A DNA stretch of 64,000 nt from Lysobacterales bacterium (GCA_033582715.1 JAVQZZ010000001.1:206716-270715); one strand, 5' to 3'. Positions 54,483-64,000 are shown, numbered from the stretch's first letter. The notes: generated by a model from the letters alone, not told the origin. Translations and numbers: made by a program.

Positions 54483-56198
54483 ATGACCGCGGCGGCGGGC
54501 GACGATGCCCTGGTCCAGGCGCTCGCCGGAAGCGCCTTCTTCGGCGGGCTCGAGCCGCACGTGCTGGCGCGGCTGCTGCGCGACGCCGAGCGTCGGTCGC
54601 TCCGCGGCGGGGCGCTGCTGTTCCGGGCCGGGGAGGCGGCCCGCTCGATGGGCTACGTGGTCGCCGGCTGCCTCGGCGTCTTCGCCGGCCCCGAGGCCAC
54701 GGGCCCCCTGCTCGGGCGGATCGGGGCCGGCGAGACCGTCGGCGAGATGGGGCTGCTGAGCGGCCGGCCGCGCAGCGCCACGGTGGTCGCGCTCCGCGAC
54801 ACCGAGCTGCTCGAGTTCTCGCGCGCCTCCTTCGAGCGCCTGATCGACACCCATCCGCGCGCCCTGCTCGAGCTCGCCCGGATCCTGATCCGCAGGCTCG
54901 AGCGCCGGGAAACCGCGGAGCGGGATGCCGTTCCCCGCACCCTCGCCCTGCTGCCGCTCGAGGGCGCGGCGGCGGGAGAGGCCGCAGAGCGGCTGGCCGC
55001 GGCGCTCGCGCCCCTCGGGCCGACCCACGTGGTCGCTCCCGAGGAGCGGGGACGGCCCGCCGGCTGGTTCTCCGAGCTCGAGCGCCGGCATCGCTTCGTT
55101 CTCTATCCCGGGGATCCCGCGGCACCGGGCTGGGACTTGTTCTGCGCCCGCCAGGCCGACCTTGAGCTCTGGGTCGGCGGCCTCGAGGCCGGGCGCTGGC
55201 GGGTTCCCGTGCCGCCCGCGCCCTGGCGGCCGCGCTGGCTTGCCCTGCTCGCGGAGCGGATCCCGAGGGGCCTCGGCGCGCGCGGCCGCGCGCTGGGTGC
55301 CGAGCGGGTGCTGCCGGTCGCGGCCGCCGGAGGCTGGGCGCGGCTCGCGCGGCTGGTCGCGCGGCGCGGGGTCGGGATCGTGTTCTCGGGCGGCGGCGCG
55401 CGCGGCTTCGCCCACGTCGGGATGCTCCAGGCCCTCGCCGAGGCTGGGATCGAGGCCGACGCCGTGGGCGGCTCCAGCATCGGGGCGGTGGTCGCGGCGG
55501 GCGTGGCCTGCGGCTGGTCGCTCGCCGAGATCACGGCGCGCTTCCGGGACGCCTTCGTGCGCAGCAACCCGCTCGGCGACTACACCGTGCCCTTCGTCGC
55601 CCTGACCCGGGGAAGGCGGGTGAGCGAGCGGCTGAGGGCGCACTTCGGCGGCGTCGACGTCGAGGACCTCGACCTGCCCTTCTACGCGGTGGCCACCCGG
55701 CTGGGGGCGGGCAGCGCGCGGGTCTTCGCGGAGGGCCCCCTGTGGCTGGCGCTCCGCGCCTCGACCGCGATCCCGGGGCTGCTGCCGCCGGTGTTCCACG
55801 AGGGCGAGGTGCTGGTCGACGGCGGGGTGGCGGACAACCTTCCGGTCGCTCCGATGCGCGCGCTCGCCCCCGGGCGGATCGTCGGGCTCGAGGTCGCGGG
55901 CGACTTCCGGTTGCGCTCGAGCTGGGACGAGACCGAGCTGCCCCCGCTGCCGCGGATGGTGCTCGAGTGGTTCCGCGGCAGGCGCCGGCACGACATCGCG
56001 CGGATCCTGCTCCGCGCCGGGATGGTGAACAGCGAGGCCGCCCTCGCCGCCGCGCGGGAGCGGCTCGACCTGCATCTGCGCCCACCGCTCGACGGCCTCG
56101 ACCTCCTCGCCTGGCGCGACCTCGACCGCATCGTCGAGGCAGGCTACCGCTACGCCTCGGAACGGCTCCGCGGGATGCGGCTGTCCCTCGCCTCCTGA
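54483..56198 (+). CDS. cyclic-nucleotide-binding domain fused to patatin-like phospholipase (NTE/RssA-like), intact 571 aa
   Basis: The cNMP domain FFGGLEPHVLARLL...GETVGEMGLLSGRPRSATVVA. The patatin domain has the oxyanion motif GIVFSGGGARGFAHVG, the nucleophile GGSSIG, and the catalytic Asp in LVDGGVADNLP. Confidence 0.85.
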   Translation: MTAAAGDDALVQALAGSAFFGGLEPHVLARLLRDAERRSLRGGALLFRAGEAARSMGYVVAGCLGVFAGPEATGPLLGRIGAGETVGEMGLLSGRPRSATVVALRDTELLEFSRASFERLIDTHPRALLELARILIRRLERRETAERDAVPRTLALLPLEGAAAGEAAERLAAALAPLGPTHVVAPEERGRPAGWFSELERRHRFVLYPGDPAAPGWDLFCARQADLELWVGGLEAGRWRVPVPPAPWRPRWLALLAERIPRGLGARGRALGAERVLPVAAAGGWARLARLVARRGVGIVFSGGGARGFAHVGMLQALAEAGIEADAVGGSSIGAVVAAGVACGWSLAEITARFRDAFVRSNPLGDYTVPFVALTRGRRVSERLRAHFGGVDVEDLDLPFYAVATRLGAGSARVFAEGPLWLALRASTAIPGLLPPVFHEGEVLVDGGVADNLPVAPMRALAPGRIVGLEVAGDFRLRSSWDETELPPLPRMVLEWFRGRRRHDIARILLRAGMVNSEAALAAARERLDLHLRPPLDGLDLLAWRDLDRIVEAGYRYASERLRGMRLSLAS

Positions 56199-56246
56199 GC
56201 CTCGGGCATCCCGCCATCGCCGGGTGCGAGGTTATGCTCGGTGCTC

Positions 56247-56258
56247 CCCACCGGTGGG
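56247..56258. promoter_or_regulatory. perfect 12-bp palindrome CCCACCGGTGGG, 6 nt upstream of ATG 56265
   Basis: Read directly. Function unknown. Confidence 0.3.
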
Positions 56259-56264
56259 CCCGCC

Positions 56265-57336
56265 ATGGTTCCTGCCCTGCTCGCGTTGCTCCTCGCCGCG
56301 CCCTTCCGGGTCGAGACCGTCGCCGAGGGGCTCGAGCACCCCTGGTCGATCGCCTTCCTGCCGCACGGGGAGGTGCTGGTGACGGAGCGGGCGGGTCGGC
56401 TGCGGCGAATCCGCGAGGGGCGGCTGCTGCCCGAGCCGGTCGAGGGGCTGCCTGCGGTCTACGCCCGCGGCCAGGGCGGGCTGTTCGAGGTCCTGCCGCA
56501 TCCGGACTTCGCCCGCAACCGGCTGCTGTTCCTGAGCTTCGCCGAGGGCGAGGCGCGCGCGAACCGCACCGCCCTCGCGCGGGCGCGCTACGTCGGAGGG
56601 CCGGCTCGAGGAGCTCGAGGTGATCTTCCGCGCCGAGCCGGCCAAGGCGGGGCCGGCCCACTTCGGCGGGCGGATGGCATGGCTGCCCGACGGCACCCTG
56701 CTGCTCGGCCTAGGCGATGGCTTCGACCAGCGCGAGGCGGCCCAGGACCTCGGCAGCCACCTCGGCAAGATCCTGCGCCTCGCCGGCGACGGCTCGGCCC
56801 CGGCGGACAACCCCTTCCGCAGCCGGGAGGGGGCGCTGCCGGAGATCTACTCCTACGGCCACCGCAACGTGCAGGGACTGGTGGTCGACGGCGGGGCGGT
56901 CTACGCCCACGAGCACGGGCCGAGGGGCGGCGACGAGCTCAACCGCATCGTGCCTGGCGGCAACTACGGCTGGCCCCTCGCGACCTCGGGCGTCGACTAC
57001 TCCGGGGCCCTCGTCACGCCCTACCGCCGCTATCCCGGCACCGTCGCCCCGCTCGTCGAGTGGACGCCCTCGATCGCACCCGCCGGCCTCATCCGCTACC
57101 GCGGGGCGATGTTCCCGGAGTGGCGGGGCGATTTCCTGATCGCCGCCCTCGCCGCGCGCGAGCTCAGGCGCGTGCGCCTCGACGCCGAGGACCGCCCGCT
57201 CGAGCAGGAGAGCCTGCTCGGCGAGCTCGGGGAGCGCCTGCGCGAGGTGCGCGAGGCGCCCGACGGCGCGGTGTGGCTCGCCACCGATGCCCGCGCGGGC
57301 CGGGTGCTGCGCCTGGTGCGGGCGGAGGCGCCCTGA
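56265..57336 (+). CDS. PQQ-dependent soluble sugar (aldose) dehydrogenase family protein; frameshift ~56595 (alternative GTG start 56241)
   Basis: VETVAEGLEHPWSIAFLPHGEVLVTERAGRLR, GQGGLFEVLPHPDF, then (other frame) HFGGRMAWLPDGTLL, GKILRL, YSYGHRNVQGL, EHGPRGGDELN and GGNYGWP. Confidence 0.85.
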
Positions 57337-57369
57337 GCGCGGCTGACGCGGCGGCCGGCGTCCCGCCGC

Positions 57370-59114
57370 TCAGCGCGGCGCGAGCAGCTCGTCGAGCGCC
57401 CGCTCGAGTTCGGGGAGCAGGGGCCGGAAGCCGGCGAGCTCGGGGTGGCCGAGGAAGGCGTCGAAGTGCTGGACCTCGGGGAGCTCGCGATACTCGAGGC
57501 GTGCCCCGGAGGCGCGGGCCAGCTCGGCGTAGGGGCGGCTGCTGAGCGCGGCCGGGATCAGGGCGTCCTCGCGGCCGTGGATCAGGATCACCGGCACCGG
57601 CGGCAGCCTTCCGCTCACCCGCGTCGCCGCCACCGCCTCGCGCAGCGCCCTGGCCTCCTGCCCCCCGCCGGTGGCGAGTTCGCGCAGGCACAGCAGCCCC
57701 GGCAGGAAGGGGTCGGGCGGCGCGGCCTGCGCATCGAGGAGGCCGATCTCGCCCGAGGGGGCGAGGCCGTTGGCGTTCGCCCACCACAGCGCGCGCTCGC
57801 TCGGCGTGGCCGGGCGCGGTACGCCGGGAGCGGCGAGGACGGCGACGCGGTAGCCGCAGGGCATCGCCGCGGGGCCGCGGCGCAGGTAGGCGGAGGCGTA
57901 GCTCGCCGCCACCGTGCGCCACAGGTCGAGGGTGACGTTCATGGCGGCGAGTGCTGAGCGAGGGTTCGTCGAATCCGGCGGCGAGGAGCTCGGCGCGGGC
58001 GGCCGCCGCTGCGGCCGCGGCCGGTCCTGGAGGCAGCAGGCCGCGGCGCTGGAGTTCCGCGCAGCGCAGGGCCGCCGCGGGCGCGAGCAGCGGATTGTCG
58101 CGGGCGAAGGGTGCTGCGGCGGCCGCGGGATCGGCGAGCAGGCAGGGCTGCAGCAGGGCGGCGAGGGTGGCGTACTCGTAGAGCGCCGGACGGCCGGGGA
58201 CGGCGAGGTTGGGTGCCCCCAGCACGGCGCCGTCGAAGATCCCCTCGCGGTCCTGCTCGAGGGCGTGGACCAGCGCCGCCGCCCCGTTCGAGATCCCGAG
58301 GCCGAGGATGCGGGTGTTCTCCGGCGTGAAGGGGGCGAGCTCGGGGAAGGCAAGCGCGAGCGCGTGCAGGCCGAAGGCGGCGGCCTGCAGCGCATGCCGG
58401 CCCCAGTCGGCTTCGGGATGGTCGCCGGAGTGCGCGTGCTTGAGGGCGAGCAGCGGCTCCCCGCCGGTCCCGGGCGGCGGCTCGAAGGCGAGCGGCGCCT
58501 CGCCCCGCCGCGCGCGGGTGCCGTCGAGGGCCGCGCCCTCGTCGGCGGCGAGGTCGAAGACGTCGCTTCCCGCACCCTTGTCGGTGGTCGCGACCGCGCA
58601 GCCGCGCGCGAGCGCGATCGCGGCCAGCGCCTGGGCGCCATAGATCCCGCGCGAGCCCGAGACCGGGGCCACGACCAGGCAGCGCCGGGCGCGGTCGAAG
58701 CCGTCGGGCACCTGGGCCATCACCCGGTGCGGCTGGCGCGCCCCGGGCACGCGCGCGAAGGCGCGGTACTCCCGGCCGGGCACGCGGGCGAGGCGCGCGT
58801 AACCCTCCCCGTACTGTCCCGGCCGCAGGTCGGCGAGGCCGCGCAGATTGTGGTGGATGGCGAGCGCGCCGGAGCTCCGCCGCCGACGGACGGGCGGGAT
58901 CGGCCGGGGCCGGGGGCGGGGCGCGGAGCCCCGCGAGGCCGAGCCCGGCGCTGGCGAGATCGTCGCCCTCGCGATGCTCGGTGACGAGCAGTGGCGAGGC
59001 CAGGAAGGGCAGCGGGGGCGAGGGGTCGGTCATGGCGGGGGCGGCGGTCTCCTCGCGGCGGCAGCCCGGAAGCGCGAGGACGGCCGAGAGCAGCAGCGGC
59101 AGGACGCGGATCAT
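57370..59114 (-). CDS. D-(-)-3-hydroxybutyrate oligomer hydrolase family lipoprotein; frameshifts ~58800 and ~57950
   Basis: Lipobox LSAVLALPGC. VVAPVSGSRGIYGA, CAVATTDKGAGS, LGLGISNGAAALVHA, and the C-part VILIHGREDALIP...VQHFDAF lie in three ORF fragments. Family assignment is from memory of the 3HBOH family. Confidence 0.7.
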
Positions 59115-59158
59115 GCGCCAAGCCTAACGCCAACGTCGCCCCGGTCGGATTGGCCGAT

Positions 59159-59185
59159 GGTCGCAGCCCGAGGGGCGATGCGACC
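59159..59185. promoter_or_regulatory. inverted repeat GGTCGCA-N13-TGCGACC in the hydrolase/bdhA divergent spacer
   Basis: Perfect 7-bp arms read directly. Confidence 0.3.
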
Positions 59186-59253
59186 AAGGTGCGGGGCGCG
59201 GCGGCCCTGGCGGTGCTAGCGTTGGAGGCGCTCCACCGACGAGGCCTCCTCCC

Positions 59254-60031
59254 ATGTCTCCACGCCGCGAACGGATCCTGGTCACCGGCGCCGGCAGCGG
59301 CATCGGCGCCGGCATCGCCCGCGAGCTCGCCCGCCAGGGCCATCACCTGCAGCTCACCGACCTCGCCCGGCGAGCCGGCATCGCGTCGAGCTGGCGGCCG
59401 GGATCCGGGCCGAGGGTGGCAGCGTCGAGGCCGCCGCTCCTCGACGTCGGCTCGCGACGAGGCGGTGGCGGCGGGGCTGGCCGCGCTCTCCGCGCCGCCC
59501 ACGGTGCTGGTCAACAACGCCGGCCTGCAGCACGTGGCGCGCCTCGAGGAATTCCCGATGGCCAAGTGGGAGCAGCTGGTGCAGGTGATGCTGATCGGCG
59601 TGGCCCGGCTCACCCGCGCCGTGCTGCCGGCGATGCGCGCCGCCGGCTACGGGCGGATCGTCAACATCGGCTCGATCCACTCCCTGGTCGCGAGCCCCTT
59701 CAAGAGCGCCTACGTCGCCGCCAAGCACGGCCTGCTCGGCTTCGCCAAGGTGCTGGCGCTCGAGACCGCCGACTGCGACATCACCGTGAACACCGTCTGC
59801 CCGAGCTACGTCCAGACCCCGCTGGTCGAGCGCCAGATCGCCGACCAGGCGCGCAGCCACGGCATCCCCGAGGAGCGGGTGGTGCGGGAGATCATGCTGC
59901 GGCCGATGCCGAAGGGCGTGTTCATCACCTTCGAGGAGCTCGCCGGCATCGTCGCCTTCCTGATCTCGCCGGCGGCGCGCAACATCACCGGGCAGTGCAT
60001 CGTGGTCGACGGCGGCTGGACCGCGCAGTGA
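59254..60031 (+). CDS. bdhA: 3-hydroxybutyrate dehydrogenase (SDR); 2-3 frameshifts within ~59360-59460
   Basis: ILVTGAGSGIGAGIAREL, VLVNNAGLQHVARLEEFPMAKWEQ, IVNIGSIHSLVASPFKSAYVAAKHGLLGF, VNTVCPSYVQTPLVERQI and ITGQCIVVDGGWTAQ. Confidence 0.85.
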
Positions 60032-60037
60032 GCGCCG

Positions 60038-60685
60038 ATGCGGGTGCTGGTGGTCGAGGACCATCCGCTGTTCCGCGCCGCGCTGGCGCAGGCCATCGGC
60101 CGCGCGCTGGCGCCGACGGCGGTCGCCGAGGCGGCGAGCCTCGCCGAGGCCGAGCGCGAGCTCGCCGCCCATCCCGAGACCGAGCTCCTCACCCTCGATC
60201 TCGGCCTTCCCGACGGCGACGGCCTCGCCGCCCTCGCCGCGCTGCGCTGCCAGTTCCCGGCCGTGGCCTGCGTGGTGGTCTCGGCGCGCAGCGAGCCGGC
60301 GCTGATCCGGCGCGCGCTCGCCCACGGCGCCCAGGGCTTCATCCCGAAGAGCGCGACCCTGGCCGAGATCGAGGAGGCGCTGCGGGCGGTGGGCCGCCTC
60401 GAGACCTGGGTGCCGCCCGGCCTCCGCGCCGCGGTCGCCGCCGCCCGCGACCGCGAGGAGGAGGCGCTGGCGGCGCGGCTGCGCGGCCTCACCGCGCAGC
60501 AGTTCCGCGTCCTCGCCCTGATCGGCCAGGGCCTGCTCAACAAGCAGATCGCCGAGCGCCTCGGCATCGCCGAGCGCACGGTCAAGGCGCACGTGGGCGA
60601 GATCCTGGCCAAGCTCGGTGCGCGCAACCGCACCCAGGCGGGCCTGATCTACCAGCGGCTGGCGCTCGCGCCGCCCGGGGGCTGA
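60038..60685 (+). CDS. NarL/LuxR-family response regulator (CrbR/ErdR-like), intact
   Basis: The REC domain MRVLVVEDHPLFRAAL...LTLDLGLPDGDG...GFIPKS, and the HTH domain LTAQQFRVLALIGQGLLNKQIAERLGIAERTVKAHV. Confidence 0.85.
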   Translation: MRVLVVEDHPLFRAALAQAIGRALAPTAVAEAASLAEAERELAAHPETELLTLDLGLPDGDGLAALAALRCQFPAVACVVVSARSEPALIRRALAHGAQGFIPKSATLAEIEEALRAVGRLETWVPPGLRAAVAAARDREEEALAARLRGLTAQQFRVLALIGQGLLNKQIAERLGIAERTVKAHVGEILAKLGARNRTQAGLIYQRLALAPPGG

Positions 60686-63600
60686 GGCGGTCGCAGCCCC
60701 GAGAGCAGCGCGTGCAGCTTGAGCGCACGCACCGGCTTGGCGAGCAGCGGAAGCTCCAGGGCCCGGCAGCGCTCGGCGAGCGCCGCGGACTGGTCGGCGC
60801 TCATCATCGCCACCCGCAGCCGCCCCCTCGCCTCCCCGGCGAGCTCGAGCCCGGCGAAGGGCGCCCCGAGGTGGACGTCGAGCAGCGCGAGGTCGAACTC
60901 CCCGGCGGCGAGCCGCGCCCTGCCCTCCCCGAGGCTGCGGGCGAGCGCGGCCTCGACGCCCCAGGCGGCGAGCAGCGAGAGCAGGCCTTCGCCGAGCGCC
61001 GGATCGTCGTCGGCGACGAGCACCCGGAGCCCGGCCAGGGGCGGCGGGGCGAGCGCCTCCTCCGCCGGCCGGGGCGCGGGGCTCGCCAAGGGCAGCTCGA
61101 CCGCGAACACCGTGCCGCGGCCGACGCGCGAGCGGAAGCGCAGCCGGTGCCCGAGCAGCGCCGCGAGCCGCTCGGCGATCGCGAGCCCGAGCCCCAGCCC
61201 GGGGCCCGAGGGCGCCGCGGGGCCGCGGCGGAAGGGCTCGAAGATGCGCTCGCGCAGCGCCTCGGGGATGCCGGGACCGGTGTCCCACACCTCGATCGCC
61301 AGCGCCGCGCCCCGCCGGCGCGCGGCGAGCAGCACCCCGCCGCGCTGGGTGTAGCGCAGCGCGTTGGCGAGGAAGTTCTGCACGATGCGGCGGAGCAGCG
61401 CCGGGTCGCTCTCGACCCAGGCCGTGCTCGGCCGGTAGCGGAGCTCGAGCCCGCGCTCGGCGGCGAGGGCGCGGGCCTCGGCGGCGAGCGCGTCGAGAGT
61501 CTCGGCCACCGGGAACACGGCGCGCCGCGGCCGGAGCGCGCCGCCCTCGAGCCTCGCGATCTCGAGCAGGCTGGCGAGGAGCGTGTCCACGGCGGCGAGG
61601 GCGCGGCGCAGCTGGCCGAGCAGGGCGCGGTCGGCGGGCTCGCCGAGCTGCGCCTCGAGCGCCTCGGCGAAGAGCTGGGCGGCGTTGAGCGGCTGCACCA
61701 GGTCGTGGGAGACCGCGGCCAGGAAGCGCGACTTCTCGGCATTGGCCTGCTCCGCCGCGAGGCGGGCGGACTCCGCCTCCCGGGTGCGCTCCGCCACCCG
61801 CTGCTCGAGGGTGTCGAGGGTCTGGCGCAGCGCCTCCTCGGCGCGGCGGAAGGCGGTGACCTCGGTGAAGGTGGCGACGTAGCCGCCGCCCGGCATCGGG
61901 TTGCCGCGGATCTCGATGATCGCGCCCCCGGGGAAGCGCCGCTCGCTCACGTAGGGGCTGCCCGCGCGCATGTGGGCGAGGCGCTTCGCCAGCTCGCGCT
62001 CCACGTCGACCGGGCCGAGCAGTCCCGCCTCGAGGTTGTGGCGGATCAGCGCCGCCACCGGGGTGCCGGCGGCGAGCAGGGCCGGGGGGTAGCGGAAGAG
62101 CTCGGCGTAGCGCCGGTTCCAGGCCACCAGCCGGAAGTCGCGATCGACCACGCTGATCCCCTGGCTCATGTTCTCGAGCGCCGTGGCGAGCAGCGCCTGG
62201 CTGAAGCGCGCCTGCTCGGTCGCCTCGCCCACGATCTCGGCCACCGCCTCGAGCGGGGCGGGCAGGCGGCGGGCGGCGGCGTCGAGCAGCAGCCGCGCCG
62301 AGGTCTGGCCGAGCACCGCGGCGAGGGCGTGCTCGATCTCGGCCTCGGCCGGCGGCTGTCCGCCGGCGAACAGGCGGGCGCTGCTGTCCCGGTCGAGGAA
62401 GCGCTCGGCGAGGGCGCGAAGCTCCGGCGCCGGCAGGGTGGGCCGGTGCGGCCGCGGGCGGCGGCGGGCGAGCCGGGCGGCGACGGCGGTGACGGCGAGG
62501 TTGACCGTGAGGCTCGAGAGCACCGCCCGGCTCAGCCGCTCGAGCCCGTCGAGACCGAGGAAGCCCTGCGGCGTGAGCCACGCCGGCAGCGCCTCGAGCT
62601 CCGCCCGCGGGCCGAGCGCGGTCGGCATGAAGAGCACGTAGGCCCAGGTCAGCACCCCGGCGAGGATCCCCGCCCCCACCGCGCGCGCCGGGAAGGCCGG
62701 CCGGTAGACCGCGACCAGCACCGCCGGGGCGAGCTGGGCGAAGGCGGAGAAGGCGAGCGCGCCGAGGTCGGCGAGCGCCTCGCTGGCCCCGAGGGCGCGG
62801 CTGTAGAGGTAGGCGGCGAGCAGCACCGTCGCGATCGCCGCGCGCCGCTCGAGCAGCACCAGGCCACGCAGGTCGCCGCGCGCCCCCAGCCGGCGCTCGA
62901 GGGCGAGCGGCGCCAGCCAGTGGTTGCCGATCATGATCGAGAGCGCGAGGCTGGCGAGGATCACCATCCCGGTCGCGGCCGAGAGCCCGCCGAGGAAGGC
63001 GAGCAGGGCGAGCCCCGGGCGGCCCTCGGCGAGCGGCAGGGCGAGCACGTAGAGGTCGGCGGGCAGGCGCTCGCCGAAGGTGGCGAGCCCGGCCGCGGCC
63101 AGCAGCGGCACCGGCAGGGCGATGGCGAGCAGGTAGGCGGGGAAGAGCCAGCGCGCGAGGCCGAGGTGGCGGGGGTCGCGGCACTCCACCGCGGCGACGT
63201 GGAACTGGTGCGGCAGGGTGAAGATCACCAGCGCCCCGAGCAGGACCAGGGCGAGGAAGCCGTCGCCGGCGCCGAAGTCCGGCAGCGTGCGCAGGTCCTC
63301 CAGGCGGCCGTGACCGACGGCGAGCAGGCCGACCGCGAGCAGGGCGAGCAGCTTGAGCAGGGACTCGAAGGCGATGGCGACCACCAGCCCGCTGTTGTGG
63401 GCGGTGGCCGCCGCCCGCCGGGTGCCGAAGAGCATCGCGAACAGGGCCATCGCCAGCGCCACCCACAGCGCCACGTCCTGCCAGGCCGGCGGGCTCTCGC
63501 CGAGGACCGGCGGCGGCGCGAGCAGCGCGAAGCTCATCGCCACCGCCTTGAGCTGGAGGGCGAGGTAGGGGACGGTGCCGAGCACCGCGATCAGGGTGAT

Positions 63601-63951
63601 CAGCGCCGCGAGCCCGGTGCTCTTGCCGAGGCGCCCGGCGACGAAGTCGGCGAGGCTGGTGGCGTTGTCGGCCTTGGCCTGCGCCACGAGGCGGCGGAGG
63701 AAGGGCAGGGCGAGCAGGAACAGGAGGATGGTGCCGAGGAAGGTCGGCGGCAGCGGCCAGCCGTGGGTCGCGGCCTGGGCGACGGTGCCGTAGAAGGTCC
63801 AGGCGGTGCAGTAGACGGCGAGCGAGAGCGCGTAGATCGCCGGCCGCAGCCGTCCGAGGCGCTCGCCGTGGCGCTCGCCGAGCAGCGCCACCGCGAACAG
63901 CAGCGTCACCCAGGCAAGGCTGGCGAGGAGCAGGGTGCTCAGGCCCGGCAT
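60649..63951 (-). CDS. hybrid sensor histidine kinase with N-terminal sodium:solute-symporter (SSF) domain, PAS, HisKA/HATPase and REC (CrbS/CbrA/MxtR-like), intact 1100 aa
   Basis: About 13 TM helices. PAS domain (ALENMSQGISVVDRDFRLVAWNRRYAELF). H-box FLAAVSHDLVQPLNA, G-boxes WDTGPGIPE and GLGLGLAIA, and a receiver LRVLVADDDP...LALLDVHLG. The 3' end overlaps the convergent regulator gene by 37 bp. Confidence 0.88.
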   Translation of the reverse strand: MPGLSTLLLASLAWVTLLFAVALLGERHGERLGRLRPAIYALSLAVYCTAWTFYGTVAQAATHGWPLPPTFLGTILLFLLALPFLRRLVAQAKADNATSLADFVAGRLGKSTGLAALITLIAVLGTVPYLALQLKAVAMSFALLAPPPVLGESPPAWQDVALWVALAMALFAMLFGTRRAAATAHNSGLVVAIAFESLLKLLALLAVGLLAVGHGRLEDLRTLPDFGAGDGFLALVLLGALVIFTLPHQFHVAAVECRDPRHLGLARWLFPAYLLAIALPVPLLAAAGLATFGERLPADLYVLALPLAEGRPGLALLAFLGGLSAATGMVILASLALSIMIGNHWLAPLALERRLGARGDLRGLVLLERRAAIATVLLAAYLYSRALGASEALADLGALAFSAFAQLAPAVLVAVYRPAFPARAVGAGILAGVLTWAYVLFMPTALGPRAELEALPAWLTPQGFLGLDGLERLSRAVLSSLTVNLAVTAVAARLARRRPRPHRPTLPAPELRALAERFLDRDSSARLFAGGQPPAEAEIEHALAAVLGQTSARLLLDAAARRLPAPLEAVAEIVGEATEQARFSQALLATALENMSQGISVVDRDFRLVAWNRRYAELFRYPPALLAAGTPVAALIRHNLEAGLLGPVDVERELAKRLAHMRAGSPYVSERRFPGGAIIEIRGNPMPGGGYVATFTEVTAFRRAEEALRQTLDTLEQRVAERTREAESARLAAEQANAEKSRFLAAVSHDLVQPLNAAQLFAEALEAQLGEPADRALLGQLRRALAAVDTLLASLLEIARLEGGALRPRRAVFPVAETLDALAAEARALAAERGLELRYRPSTAWVESDPALLRRIVQNFLANALRYTQRGGVLLAARRRGAALAIEVWDTGPGIPEALRERIFEPFRRGPAAPSGPGLGLGLAIAERLAALLGHRLRFRSRVGRGTVFAVELPLASPAPRPAEEALAPPPLAGLRVLVADDDPALGEGLLSLLAAWGVEAALARSLGEGRARLAAGEFDLALLDVHLGAPFAGLELAGEARGRLRVAMMSADQSAALAERCRALELPLLAKPVRALKLHALLSGLRPPQPPGGASASRW

Positions 63952-64000
63952 CGGCGTTCCCCGGGAGGAAGGATCGCGCGGAAGGGCACGGGACGGGGCG

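Noticed and set aside
54483-56198. cNMP-patatin protein as a CBASS (CapV-like) effector
   Set aside because: There is no CD-NTase or cyclase, no Cap2/Cap3-like gene and no mobile context nearby. The domain order resembles housekeeping NTE-like lipases. It is kept only as a low-interest finding.
59354-63466. 1370-aa minus-strand ORF overlapping bdhA, the regulator and the hybrid kinase
   Set aside because: This is an alternative frame of the kinase region. It is Arg/Pro/Gly-rich junk, whereas the 60649-63951 frame shows complete SSF, PAS, HisKA, HATPase and REC motifs.

Overview
This is a 64-kb, very GC-rich (>70% by eye) chromosomal segment that looks gammaproteobacterial and spans the replication-origin neighbourhood. 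On the minus strand the order is mnmE-yidC-rnpA-rpmH, diverging from dnaA-dnaN-recF-gyrB on the plus strand. Left of the origin are an ABC/HlyD exporter fragment, a PlsC-type acyltransferase, two SAM methyltransferases, truC, a secreted LamG protein, ubiB/ubiJ and an NAD-epimerase. Right of it are a DUF1329 protein, a GGDEF cyclase, a speA-tatD-hrpB operon divergent from speE, an Sfp-type PPTase coupled to pdxJ, and an M48 peptidase / RimK-like ATP-grasp / 7TM inactive-transglutaminase / MscS block. These are followed by an esterase, algZ-algR-hemC-ggt, an orphan ParA-like ATPase, an SDR, a DUF2799 lipoprotein, a 1107-aa TolB-propeller/amidohydrolase fusion and a partial T2SS (gspC-D-E only). 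The window ends with an M3 peptidase, a cNMP-binding patatin phospholipase, a PQQ sugar dehydrogenase, a 3-hydroxybutyrate-oligomer hydrolase / bdhA pair, and a LuxR regulator with an SSF-domain hybrid kinase (CrbS/CbrA-like). I found no rRNA, tRNA, CRISPR array, transposase, integrase or recognisable phage or defence module. The most striking property is technical or evolutionary. Many genes, including essential ones (rpmH, rnpA, yidC, mnmE, dnaA, dnaN, recF, ubiB), can only be read by hopping between frames, most densely in the first ~17 kb, whereas long neighbours (gyrB, speA, the hybrid kinase) are intact. This looks more like indel sequencing or assembly error than biology. No clearly new system stands out. 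The best candidates for under-described biology are four: the ATP-grasp/7TM-transglutaminase operon with an M48 peptidase in the protease position, two unassigned stretches (22.2-22.7 kb and 51.5-52.5 kb), an 11-bp-phased TTCAG repeat array, and the DnaA-box/AT-rich dnaA-dnaN spacer. All calls come from reading the six-frame translations by eye. Frameshift positions are approximate and family names are from memory, not searches.
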